Assembly: GCA_041984885.1 (NCBI GenBank)
Contig: JBHIXH010000008.1
Location: 928-64,927 of the forward strand
DNA length: 64,000 nt
From: Gammaproteobacteria bacterium
Lineage (GTDB): Bacteria > Pseudomonadota > Gammaproteobacteria > Eutrophobiales > Eutrophobiaceae
Direction of reading: 5' to 3'
Shown: positions 55,768-64,000 of the stretch, in pieces
Numbering within the stretch: position 1 is the stretch's first letter
Layout of the letters: the number at the start of each line of letters is the position of its first letter
Translations under genes and position numbers: made by a program
The notes under the pieces: generated by a model
What the model saw: the letters and a program-made list of their open reading frames with translations, nothing else
Databases searched by the model: none
Told to the model about the DNA's origin: nothing

Positions 55768-57777
55768 ATGTGTGGTATTGCAGGCGTAATGCATATCGAT
55801 GCTGATCACGGTGTTGATGCACAAACATTGGTCAATATGGCAGCGATTCAGCATCATCGTGGTCCGGACGGCTTCGGATATCGGGTACTGGAAGAAGACG
55901 GTGTTGGTTTCAGTCATGCGCGCCTGTCGATCATTGACCTGAACGAACAACGCGCACGTCAACCCTTTATGTCGCCGGATAAAAATCTATTACTGTCACA
56001 TAATGGCGAATTCTATGATTATCAAAGACTGCGCGCACAGATGACCGCGCGCGGTTCGCGATTTAAAACGAAAAGTGATTCTGAAATTATTTTGCATCTT
56101 TATCCACGCTACGGCATGTCACCGATGCTGCATCACCTGCGCGGTGAATTTGCGTTCGCCTTGTATGATCGCAAGGAGCAATCGTTGTTTCTGGTGCGCG
56201 ATCGGTTTGGTATCAAACCACTTTACTGGTGTGAAACTGCCAACGGCGTGGTGTTTGGTTCCGAATTAAAAGTCCTGTTTGCTCATCCGGACGTGCAACG
56301 AAAATTTTCAGCGACCGGTGTTTATCATCAGCTAATGCAGATCATGGTGCCGGGCACGACGGCGTTTGCCGGTATTCACCAGGTGAAACCGGGGCATGTT
56401 GTGCGTATTAAACGCAATGAGAAAAAACTCGAGGTTTATGATCAAAAATACTGGGACATGAATTTTCCCGAAGCCGGAGCGCATGATATTAGCAACGAAC
56501 AGGAAGCAATTGATGCCGTCGGTGATCAATTACTGGCCGCCGTCATGCATCGTCTCGAAGCCGATGTGCCGGTCGGCAGTTATTTATCCGGTGGTATTGA
56601 CTCGTGCAGCATACTTGGCCTAGCCGCGGCATCAAGCCAACAACCGGTCAAGGCGTTTACAATCGGTTTTGATGACAAGCAATACGATGAGAGCCATATT
56701 GCAACCGAGATGGCCGAGTCATGCAGTGCGGATCAGGACATCCTGCGGTTGTCCGGCAACGAGTTGTATGGCTTCTTTGAAGAAACACTCTGGCATACCG
56801 AACGCACGATCTATAACACGTTGGGTGTTGCCAAGCTTTTAATGTCACGGCATGTGAAAGAAGCAAACTATAAAGTCGTATTAACCGGAGAAGGTTCGGA
56901 TGAGTTATTCGCCGGCTATCCTTCCTTTCGTCGTGATATGTTTTTATATGGTCTGGATGACCTGGATAGTGACGAACGTGATTTATGGCACCGCGCTTTA
57001 AACGACAGTAACAAGCTGTTTACCGGTTCGATGTTGCCTGCCGATATGGTGAACGCACCATGCTTCGAAAATCTAATCGGCTTTACACCCACGTGCATTC
57101 AGCCATGGCTGGCCTGTGCCGAACATGTACCCGGCCTGTTATCGGAACAGTATCGGGATGAAACCAGTGATTACGATCCTGCCGCCAGCATTCTTGAGCA
57201 ACTGGATATCGAACAGATGCGTGGTCGTCATGCGCTGGACAAGGCGCAGTACGTCTGGTGCAAAACCATGCTGGAAGGCCAGATACTGACCTGGGGCGGC
57301 GACCGGGTCGACATGGCCAACTCGATGGAAGCGCGACCGGCGTTTCTCGATCATCATCTGGCGGCCACCGCTGTGCGAATTCCGCCAAGCCTGAGAATCA
57401 AGGGTAAAACCGAAAAATTTGTTTTGCGTGAAGCGATGAAAGGCTTGTTGCCGAAGACATTATACAAGCGCGAGAAGTTTGCGTTTATGGCACCACCCGC
57501 CTACACGGACAAGACAAAGTGGCAACAGATGAAATCACTGGCGGACACGTATTTGAGTAAACAGGCGATTGAAGATACCGGAATACTCAATGAGGCCGGG
57601 GTCAATGAACTGTTTCAACGGCACGAATCCGCTGACATCAGTGCCGCTGATCAGGTACAACTGGATGCCGTGATCAATCACATGATTGGAGTGCAGGTCT
57701 TGCATAAACATTTCATTCAAACCGATGTGCCCGCGCAAGCGGCAGCCAGGGCAGAAGAGCTGGGTTGGGCCGCCTGA
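55768..57777 (+). CDS. Asparagine synthase (glutamine-hydrolysing)-family amidotransferase
   Basis: N-terminal MCGIAG, HRGPD, HNGE, RDRFGIKPL, SGGIDS and TGEGSDE. Confidence 0.92.
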   Translation: MCGIAGVMHIDADHGVDAQTLVNMAAIQHHRGPDGFGYRVLEEDGVGFSHARLSIIDLNEQRARQPFMSPDKNLLLSHNGEFYDYQRLRAQMTARGSRFKTKSDSEIILHLYPRYGMSPMLHHLRGEFAFALYDRKEQSLFLVRDRFGIKPLYWCETANGVVFGSELKVLFAHPDVQRKFSATGVYHQLMQIMVPGTTAFAGIHQVKPGHVVRIKRNEKKLEVYDQKYWDMNFPEAGAHDISNEQEAIDAVGDQLLAAVMHRLEADVPVGSYLSGGIDSCSILGLAAASSQQPVKAFTIGFDDKQYDESHIATEMAESCSADQDILRLSGNELYGFFEETLWHTERTIYNTLGVAKLLMSRHVKEANYKVVLTGEGSDELFAGYPSFRRDMFLYGLDDLDSDERDLWHRALNDSNKLFTGSMLPADMVNAPCFENLIGFTPTCIQPWLACAEHVPGLLSEQYRDETSDYDPAASILEQLDIEQMRGRHALDKAQYVWCKTMLEGQILTWGGDRVDMANSMEARPAFLDHHLAATAVRIPPSLRIKGKTEKFVLREAMKGLLPKTLYKREKFAFMAPPAYTDKTKWQQMKSLADTYLSKQAIEDTGILNEAGVNELFQRHESADISAADQVQLDAVINHMIGVQVLHKHFIQTDVPAQAAARAEELGWAA

Positions 57778-57802
57778 GCGAGGTGAATAAATCAGAATTG
57801 TT

Positions 57803-59041
57803 ATGGAACACAGTATTGACATAAAGCGTATCGAGCAGGATCTGTACCAGCTGGCACAGATTGGCTACAACGATGAGGACAAAGGCATCTATCGGCAGGG
57901 TTTCAGCGATGCCGATATGCAGGCGCGTAAATGGTTTGCCCATAATTGTGAGTCCAAAGGTTTAACCACAAAGATGGATGGTGCCGGAAATGTGGTCTGC
58001 CGCTATGGCGACCCGGATGCGCCGGCGATTCTGATCGGCTCACATATTGACTCGGTTCCATGCGGCGGCATCTTTGACGGTACGCTCGGCCTGATCGCAG
58101 GGCTCGAGTGTATTCGGGTGATAAAGGAAAATAATATCAAGCTGAAACACCCGGTTGAAATCATTGCGACCAGCGAGGAAGAAGGACGTTTCGGTGGCAT
58201 GCTCGGCGCACAGGCGTTGACCGGACACCTGCGTCTGGACTGGCTGGAGTCAGCCAGGGATGCAAGCGGCGAATTGTTAAAAGAAGCAATGGCGAGCTGT
58301 GGGCTCGACTATCGTCAGGCCATGCATGCAAAGAAACCGGAAGGTTCGGTGATTGCCTTTATCGAATTACATATCGAACAGGGGCCGGTACTCGAGGCGG
58401 AAAAGAAAACCATCGGTGTCGTTGAAGGTATCTCCGGTGTGTTTAAATGGCTGGTCAAGCTGATCGGCAAGGCCGATCATGCCGGTACCGCACCAATGAA
58501 CCTGCGCAGTGACGCGTTTATGGGCATGGCCGACTTTGCTCATGAAATTTCCAGGATCATCGATGAAGAAGGCACGGATAAAAGCCGATTGACGATAGGG
58601 CATGTCGATCTTAAACCGGGCTACGCACATACGGTGCCGGGTGAAGCCGACTTTACCCTGGTAGGGCGTGACATGTCTGAAGAAGTGATGCGTAACCTGG
58701 CCGGTGCCTGCGACAAGGTATTATCGTCAATAGCACGTAAACATCGATTGCAGTTTGAATATAATCAAATGAGCTGGCTGGCGCCGAGCTATTGTTCAAC
58801 TGACATAGTGAACCTGATTGAAAAAACCACGCAGGACCTGGGCTACAGTTATATGGTCATGCCGAGTGGTGCCGGCCATGATGCACAGTTTTTCACAAAG
58901 ATTGCGCCGACCGGCATGATCTTTATTCCCAGCGTTGGCGGTGTCAGTCACGCGCCGGATGAATGGAGCCACTGGGAAGATGTCGAGAAAGGCGCCAATG
59001 TGTTATTGCACAGCCTGTTAAACATAGATGCGGCCAACTAG
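57803..59041 (+). CDS. M20 Zn amidohydrolase (N-carbamoyl-amino acid/allantoate amidohydrolase family)
   Basis: GSHIDSV..GG.FDG, EEEGRF, ELHIEQG, HAGT and SGAGHDA. Confidence 0.9.
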   Translation: MEHSIDIKRIEQDLYQLAQIGYNDEDKGIYRQGFSDADMQARKWFAHNCESKGLTTKMDGAGNVVCRYGDPDAPAILIGSHIDSVPCGGIFDGTLGLIAGLECIRVIKENNIKLKHPVEIIATSEEEGRFGGMLGAQALTGHLRLDWLESARDASGELLKEAMASCGLDYRQAMHAKKPEGSVIAFIELHIEQGPVLEAEKKTIGVVEGISGVFKWLVKLIGKADHAGTAPMNLRSDAFMGMADFAHEISRIIDEEGTDKSRLTIGHVDLKPGYAHTVPGEADFTLVGRDMSEEVMRNLAGACDKVLSSIARKHRLQFEYNQMSWLAPSYCSTDIVNLIEKTTQDLGYSYMVMPSGAGHDAQFFTKIAPTGMIFIPSVGGVSHAPDEWSHWEDVEKGANVLLHSLLNIDAAN

Positions 59042-59063
59042 CCCGGATGTCTGAAAACCCAAA

Positions 59064-59318
59064 CTAGAAGTATCGGATCACCAGATAAAGAATCGCGACA
59101 ATACAGGCGATAATGCCTGGTATGGCGATTCGCATGATCGACCTGGTTTTCTCAATCGCCTGGCGTTGCAGACCGATCGATTCCTCAATCTGTTTCTTCG
59201 CCCGTTCTACCTGTTCCTGTGTGAGGGCGATATGTTTTTCCTGGTTTTCAATCGCGCGTAACTGGTTGTCACGTATTTCCAGTAAAATCTCGCGGACTTC
59301 AGGTTCTTCAGTGGCCAT
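59064..59318 (-). CDS. Small coiled-coil protein with C-terminal TM
   Basis: Helical E/Q/K/R-rich body, hydrophobic tail and AGGTG RBS. Confidence 0.6.
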   Translation of the reverse strand: MATEEPEVREILLEIRDNQLRAIENQEKHIALTQEQVERAKKQIEESIGLQRQAIEKTRSIMRIAIPGIIACIVAILYLVIRYF

Positions 59319-59351
59319 GTTTCACCTGTCCGGGCTGATAGTTTATCCGGG

Positions 59352-60113
59352 TTATGATTTCAGACGATAACCGGACCTGAAAATCCAGGCAATGATGATC
59401 AGGCAAGTGATCAGAAACAGGCAGATCATGCTGAAACTGATAATGACATTGACATCAGCGATACCGTAAAAACTCCAGCGAAAACCGCTGATTAAATAAA
59501 CAACCGGGTTAAACAGGGTGATTGTGTGCCAGAGTGGCGGCAACATCGAGATTGAGTAGAAACTCCCCCCGAGAAATGTCAGTGGCGTCACGATCATCAT
59601 TGGCACGATCTGCAGTTGCTCAAAACTCTCGGCCCAGATGCCAAGAATAAACCCGAACAGGCTGAAGCTGAGCGCAGTCAATACAAGAAACACAAACATT
59701 AAAAACGGGTGCTGCACCTCGTAATCGACAAACAGACGTGCTGTCAGCAAAATCAATATACCGAGAATGACCGACTTGGATGTGGCTGCTCCGACAAAAC
59801 CGATGACAATCTCAATCCACGAAATCGGTGCTGACAAGACTTCATAAATCGTCCCGGTAAACTGCGGCATATAGATCCCGAACGAAGCGTTCGAAATGCT
59901 TTCGTTTAATAACGACAACATTATCAGGCCTGGAATGATGAACGCGGCATAACTGACGCCATCGATCTCGCCGACACGTGAGCCGATTGCGGCACCGAAT
60001 ACAATAAAATACAAGGACGTCGATAGCACCGGAGAGGCAATGCTCTGCATCAGAGTGCGTGCCGTGCGCTTCATTTCAAAAAAGTAGATAGCCTTGATTG
60101 CGTGCAGGTTCAT
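59352..60113 (-). CDS. ABC-2 type permease (YadH-like)
   Basis: [16 protein letters not shown] and [11 protein letters not shown]. Confidence 0.88.
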   Translation of the reverse strand: MNLHAIKAIYFFEMKRTARTLMQSIASPVLSTSLYFIVFGAAIGSRVGEIDGVSYAAFIIPGLIMLSLLNESISNASFGIYMPQFTGTIYEVLSAPISWIEIVIGFVGAATSKSVILGILILLTARLFVDYEVQHPFLMFVFLVLTALSFSLFGFILGIWAESFEQLQIVPMMIVTPLTFLGGSFYSISMLPPLWHTITLFNPVVYLISGFRWSFYGIADVNVIISFSMICLFLITCLIIIAWIFRSGYRLKS

Positions 60114-60114
60114 T

Positions 60115-61035
60115 TTAGTTTTTAACCAGGCTGACAAAGATCTCTTCCAGCGAGCTCTCGCTTGAGCGCAGATCGCGGAAATCGATGTCCTGTTCGTTCA
60201 GGCGTCGCATGATCATCGCGATACCGGTATGTTCATGTTGAATATTAAATGTATAGACAATCTCATTGCCGTCTTCGCTCAGTTCGAGAGATAAATCCGA
60301 CAGTGCAGCAGGTAACGAGTCAAGTGGTGTTTGTAACTGAAGATGCAATTGCTTTTTGCCGAGCTTTTTCATCAGTTGCTGCTTTTCGTCGACGACAACG
60401 ATACGGCCCTTGTTAATGATGCCGATGCGATCGGCCATTTCCTCGGCTTCCTCGATATAATGCGTGGTTAATATGATGGTGACACCGCTTTCTCTTAGAG
60501 TGCGTACCATATCCCACATATCGCGGCGAAGTTCGACGTCGACGCCGGCTGTCGGTTCATCAAGAAACAGGATCGTCGGTTCATGTGACAGTGCTTTTGC
60601 GATCATCACGCGACGTTTCATGCCGCCTGACAAGGCCAGGATCTTTGATTGGCGTTTATCCCAGAGAGACAGTTGCCGCAGTATTTTTTCTATGTAATCC
60701 GGGTCGGGAGCCTTGCCAAACAGGCCGCGACTGTAACTCACCGTATCCTGCACCGTTTCGAACATATCAGTCGACAGTTCCTGCGGTACCAGCCCGATGC
60801 GTTGGCGGGCCGCACGATAATCAGTCTGGATATCGTGACCGTCGGCCATGACTGTACCGGACGAGGCATTGACGATACCGCATATGATACTGATCAGTGT
60901 CGTCTTGCCGGCACCATTCGGCCCAAGCAGGGCAAAGATTTCGCCGCGTTTTATCTCGAGATCGACCTGGTCCAGCGCGGTAAAACCGGACGCATACGTT
61001 TTGCCAAGTCGTTCGACAGAGATGATCGAGCTCAT
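60115..61035 (-). CDS. ABC ATPase (YadG-like)
   Basis: [25 protein letters not shown] and TTHYIEEAE. Confidence 0.9.
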   Translation of the reverse strand: MSSIISVERLGKTYASGFTALDQVDLEIKRGEIFALLGPNGAGKTTLISIICGIVNASSGTVMADGHDIQTDYRAARQRIGLVPQELSTDMFETVQDTVSYSRGLFGKAPDPDYIEKILRQLSLWDKRQSKILALSGGMKRRVMIAKALSHEPTILFLDEPTAGVDVELRRDMWDMVRTLRESGVTIILTTHYIEEAEEMADRIGIINKGRIVVVDEKQQLMKKLGKKQLHLQLQTPLDSLPAALSDLSLELSEDGNEIVYTFNIQHEHTGIAMIMRRLNEQDIDFRDLRSSESSLEEIFVSLVKN

Positions 61036-61069
61036 GTGAAAATACTAAAAAAGTGAAATGCGGAGACTA

Positions 61070-62089
61070 CTAGAAACTTTCAGCCCAGCGAAGCCCGAGA
61101 TTCAAAATTTTCTGGATTAGTGCCGGGTATTCAACCCTGGCCGCTTTCGCCGCGCTGGCGAGTTCTTCATCACTGGAAATATCCGGGTTCGCATTTGCTT
61201 CAAGAAAATAAAAGTTATTGTCTTTATCCAGCCGGTAATCGATACGCGCGTAACCGCTGAGATTGAGTGCCCGATAGATACGCCGTGAAGTACGTTCCAG
61301 CTTTCGCTTGACGTCGTCGGCCAGGCGTGTGGCCGGGCCGAGGCGAATGCCATATTTCTCCTGGTAATCCAGATTCCATTTCACTCGTTCGGTGGCAATT
61401 GGCATCGAGTCAGGTGGTAACTTGTTCATAAACAATTCCCACGGCGGCAAGACCTGTAATCGTTGATTGCCAATCACGCTGACACTGATCTCGCGTCCGT
61501 CAATATACTCTTCCGCGATGGCAGAAGTGTGAAAGTTGTCATGCACAAAACTCACGCGTTTGGCCAGCGCGTCCGCATCGTTAACAATTGATGCCTGCGA
61601 GATGCCGGCCGAGGCCTCCTCCAGGTGTACCTTGACGATGAGCGGGAACTTCAACTTGCGTGTTAATTTAACCTTACGGTTAACGGGGAAACTTTGAAAT
61701 CCAGGCGTACGTACACGGTGATAAAACAGGATCTTTTTTGATAAGGCCTTATCGGACGCCAGCACGAGACCGCGAGGATTACAACCGGTAAACGCCGTGC
61801 GGAGTAATTCCAGGTAACTGACAATATGCTGATCATATATCGTCTGGTAACGAAACTGATCAACCAGGTTAAAAACGATTGTGGGTTTATAGTCGGCGAG
61901 ACGGTCACGTAATGGCACCAGTTCATCCCAGAGTCCGATTTGTTGCCATTCATGCCCGAGCTTGTCGAGCGCGGCAGATACATCGGCCGCGGCCTTGAAT
62001 AATTCGAAATCTTTTTCCGATGCCTTGTCGGCATTTTCCGGGATTACGCCGGATTCAGAAACGGCAATCAGGACACGTTGTTTTTTCAT
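61070..62089 (-). CDS. ATP-grasp amide ligase, D-Ala-D-Ala-ligase-like but divergent
   Basis: DK, IVK, EEYIDGRE, GYARIDYR and LEANANP are present; the Ddl N-terminal GGxSxE is missing. Confidence 0.82.
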   Translation of the reverse strand: MKKQRVLIAVSESGVIPENADKASEKDFELFKAAADVSAALDKLGHEWQQIGLWDELVPLRDRLADYKPTIVFNLVDQFRYQTIYDQHIVSYLELLRTAFTGCNPRGLVLASDKALSKKILFYHRVRTPGFQSFPVNRKVKLTRKLKFPLIVKVHLEEASAGISQASIVNDADALAKRVSFVHDNFHTSAIAEEYIDGREISVSVIGNQRLQVLPPWELFMNKLPPDSMPIATERVKWNLDYQEKYGIRLGPATRLADDVKRKLERTSRRIYRALNLSGYARIDYRLDKDNNFYFLEANANPDISSDEELASAAKAARVEYPALIQKILNLGLRWAESF

Positions 62090-63099
62090 TACACGGCGTG
62101 CCACTTTCGGCTACGCAATGTTTGCACGGAATGCACGGCGAGCAACAGCGCGCATTCGGTTTTCAGTTTGTTCTTGGAACCGACAGCACGTAACCGTTTT
62201 TGTTTACTGCGTAGCATGATCTGTTTTAAAACCTGATCAACGACAAATTGATATTCACCCGTCCAGCGCGCGACTAGTTCACGAATCTCGACTCGATATT
62301 GCCGCAGGAATGCATGTGCGGTCATGCCGGCGCGGGTCTGATCCGGCGTCACAAACAGGCGTTCCAGATCGGGATCAAACGACTCCGGCGCATCGACGGC
62401 ATAGTGTTCACGTTTTTGGTCGTAATAATCGCGCAATGTATGTTTCAGTGTAGACAAACGTAACGGTTTTTTTCTGTTACCCACCTTCGGTTTGACACCG
62501 GCCAGCTCTTTCATGAGCGCATCGACGTATTCCAGTTTTTCCAGTGCCGGCCAGTTTGCGTATTTTTTTCGCCAGGCCGAGCGTGGTTTTAACCATACGG
62601 CAAACGTCTCGGCGAAATCCTCGTCCGGATGGCACTGGGCATACCAGCCTTCCAGGTGCTGGACATGATTGCGCGAGGTCGGGTTCGGTCGATAAAAATC
62701 CGGATAGCGCTGGGTCGAACGACCGAACAGTTGTTGCCAACGGCGCCGTCGATGGACCTGGTAGGCGACCTGAATCGCGTGACCGGTTTCATGCCGGAGC
62801 AACTGCATACATTCACGCCGGGAACCACCTTCCACTTCATAGATTTCGCGCCGTTCCAGCTTCATTAGACGCGGATGGGCAAGGTAAAAAGGAATGCCGA
62901 TACCTGGGGATTCTTTCGGGGAGAACCATTCATCGGACAGCCAGCAATGTGGCTGTAACAGAATATCGCGTTCGGCTAGTTCGTCATGCAGGCGGTAGAC
63001 GCATTCTTCAATCCAGGTTTCTTCAATCTGCAGATCCAGATCGCTGAGACGCATGTTTAATATGCGCTGTAGTGGTAGATGATCCAGAGCTTTGCTCAT
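62089..63099 (-). CDS. Putative zinc-binding metallopeptidase (zincin-like)
   Basis: HETGH (HExxH) and downstream YAQCHPDEDFAETFA. Confidence 0.8.
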   Translation of the reverse strand: MSKALDHLPLQRILNMRLSDLDLQIEETWIEECVYRLHDELAERDILLQPHCWLSDEWFSPKESPGIGIPFYLAHPRLMKLERREIYEVEGGSRRECMQLLRHETGHAIQVAYQVHRRRRWQQLFGRSTQRYPDFYRPNPTSRNHVQHLEGWYAQCHPDEDFAETFAVWLKPRSAWRKKYANWPALEKLEYVDALMKELAGVKPKVGNRKKPLRLSTLKHTLRDYYDQKREHYAVDAPESFDPDLERLFVTPDQTRAGMTAHAFLRQYRVEIRELVARWTGEYQFVVDQVLKQIMLRSKQKRLRAVGSKNKLKTECALLLAVHSVQTLRSRKWHAV

Positions 63100-63297
63100 G
63101 CATATGCATGATAAACCAGGAGTCGAATCTGATACAGTTCAGGGAATGCTTCACCTGTTTCTATTCCGCAACTGGATAATTTCCGATGGGTAGAAAAGGA
63201 GTTGTCGATACGTATAAAAAAAGACGGCCGGGCAGGCGACGAAAAGACGCCAGCGGCAGGATATCAACCGAAAGGGTGCACTAGCCTGGTGAAGGAT

Positions 63298-64000
63298 TTA
63301 GTTTGGCAGTTCACCGCACCGGTATCTGTCGATTGTGTCCTGGTAGTAGCCAAGTTTTTTAACGGCCATTTCACGCGCTGACCAGCCTGCCGCATAAGTG
63401 CGGGTTTCCCTTTTCTTTTTGTTATAGAGATCCTTGTCCTTTAACAAGCGCATCACTTTTTCGCAAAAGTCTTCTGTCGTTTCCTCGGCAATCAACGCAC
63501 CCTTTTCCGGGGACAGTATATCCACTGTGCCAAGCCTGGCCGTGGATACGACCGGGACGTTTTGCGCCATCGCCTCAAGCAGAACCAGTCCCTGGGTTTC
63601 CGTGCGCGAGGCAAACACAAAAATATCGCCAGCGGCATAGCAATCGAGTAATTCGGTTTTGCGGTCAAGGTAACCGACAAAATTCACATGCTGGTCCAGG
63701 TTCAACGTGCGGCCCAGTTGCTTTAAATGATTCAGTGCAGGGCCTTCTCCGGCAATTACCAGCAGGATATCAGGAATGTCATTACGCAGACGCGCAACCA
63801 TGTGCAAAAGAAAGTCGATGTTTTTTTCATGTGCGGCCCGACCAACGTGCATCAACACGGGACGATCCACCGGTATCTGGTGCTTGTCACGAAAAGCAGT
63901 GCCATCACCTTGCGTAAAAAATTGCTCATCCATTCCGGTCGGTATGATCTGCATGGGTGTAGAGACACCATATTCATTCAAAATATCAAGCATCGCCTGC
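63298..64000 (-). CDS. Glycosyltransferase family 4 (diacylglycerol glycosyltransferase-like; 5' end outside the window)
   Basis: IIPTG, VGR..EKN and ETQGLVLLEAM. Confidence 0.82.
   Translation of the reverse strand, partial: QAMLDILNEYGVSTPMQIIPTGMDEQFFTQGDGTAFRDKHQIPVDRPVLMHVGRAAHEKNIDFLLHMVARLRNDIPDILLVIAGEGPALNHLKQLGRTLNLDQHVNFVGYLDRKTELLDCYAAGDIFVFASRTETQGLVLLEAMAQNVPVVSTARLGTVDILSPEKGALIAEETTEDFCEKVMRLLKDKDLYNKKKRETRTYAAGWSAREMAVKKLGYYQDTIDRYRCGELPN

Noticed and set aside
55768-57777. Lasso-peptide cyclase interpretation of the AsnB-like gene
   Set aside because: It has an intact N-terminal Cys glutaminase domain, there are no B1/B2 proteins, and the nearby small ORF is a TM helix rather than a precursor.
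61070-62089. Calling this gene ddl or vanA
   Set aside because: It lacks the D-Ala-binding N-terminal motif and has no dcw or van context.
63100-63297. Possible riboswitch or sRNA in the 198-nt intergenic region
   Set aside because: Only an imperfect GC hairpin plus a T7 tract (possible weak terminator) was seen, with no recognisable aptamer. An Rfam/Infernal scan would be needed.

Overview
Origin region of an unidentified gammaproteobacterial chromosome. It opens with gyrB (partial)-recF-dnaN-[oriC]-dnaA on the minus strand, divergent from rpmH-rnpA-yidD-yidC-mnmE. Two parS sites lie inside recF, and the dnaA-dnaN gap carries a compact origin (DnaA boxes, IHF site, DnaA-trio-like repeats). 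Next come an LPS/surface-glycan locus, ilvE, an ArsR/rhodanese pair, tatABC, hisAFIE, polA, mgtE, the lptCAB-rpoN-hpf-PTS cluster, rpoH (perfect CIRCE overlapping a sigmaE-like promoter), ftsYEX and the M16-rsmD-coaD-ferredoxin-ggt block. tatC and the PTS EIIA(Man) gene are each frameshifted. The most interesting element is a tightly coupled six-gene operon at 52.6-59.0 kb: an FN3-like membrane protein, an SSS/DUR3-like transporter, an unannotated 39-aa membrane peptide, a carbamoyltransferase lacking the aspartate side-chain-binding residues, an AsnB-type amidotransferase and an N-carbamoyl-amino-acid hydrolase. I infer that it makes, imports and recycles an N-carbamoyl amino-acid amide, possibly the compatible solute N-alpha-carbamoyl-L-glutamine-1-amide. 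A second uncharacterised module, a zincin peptidase coupled to a non-Ddl ATP-grasp ligase, lies at 61-63 kb. No rRNA, tRNA, CRISPR or mobile element was recognised. All family calls come from motifs read by eye, not database searches.
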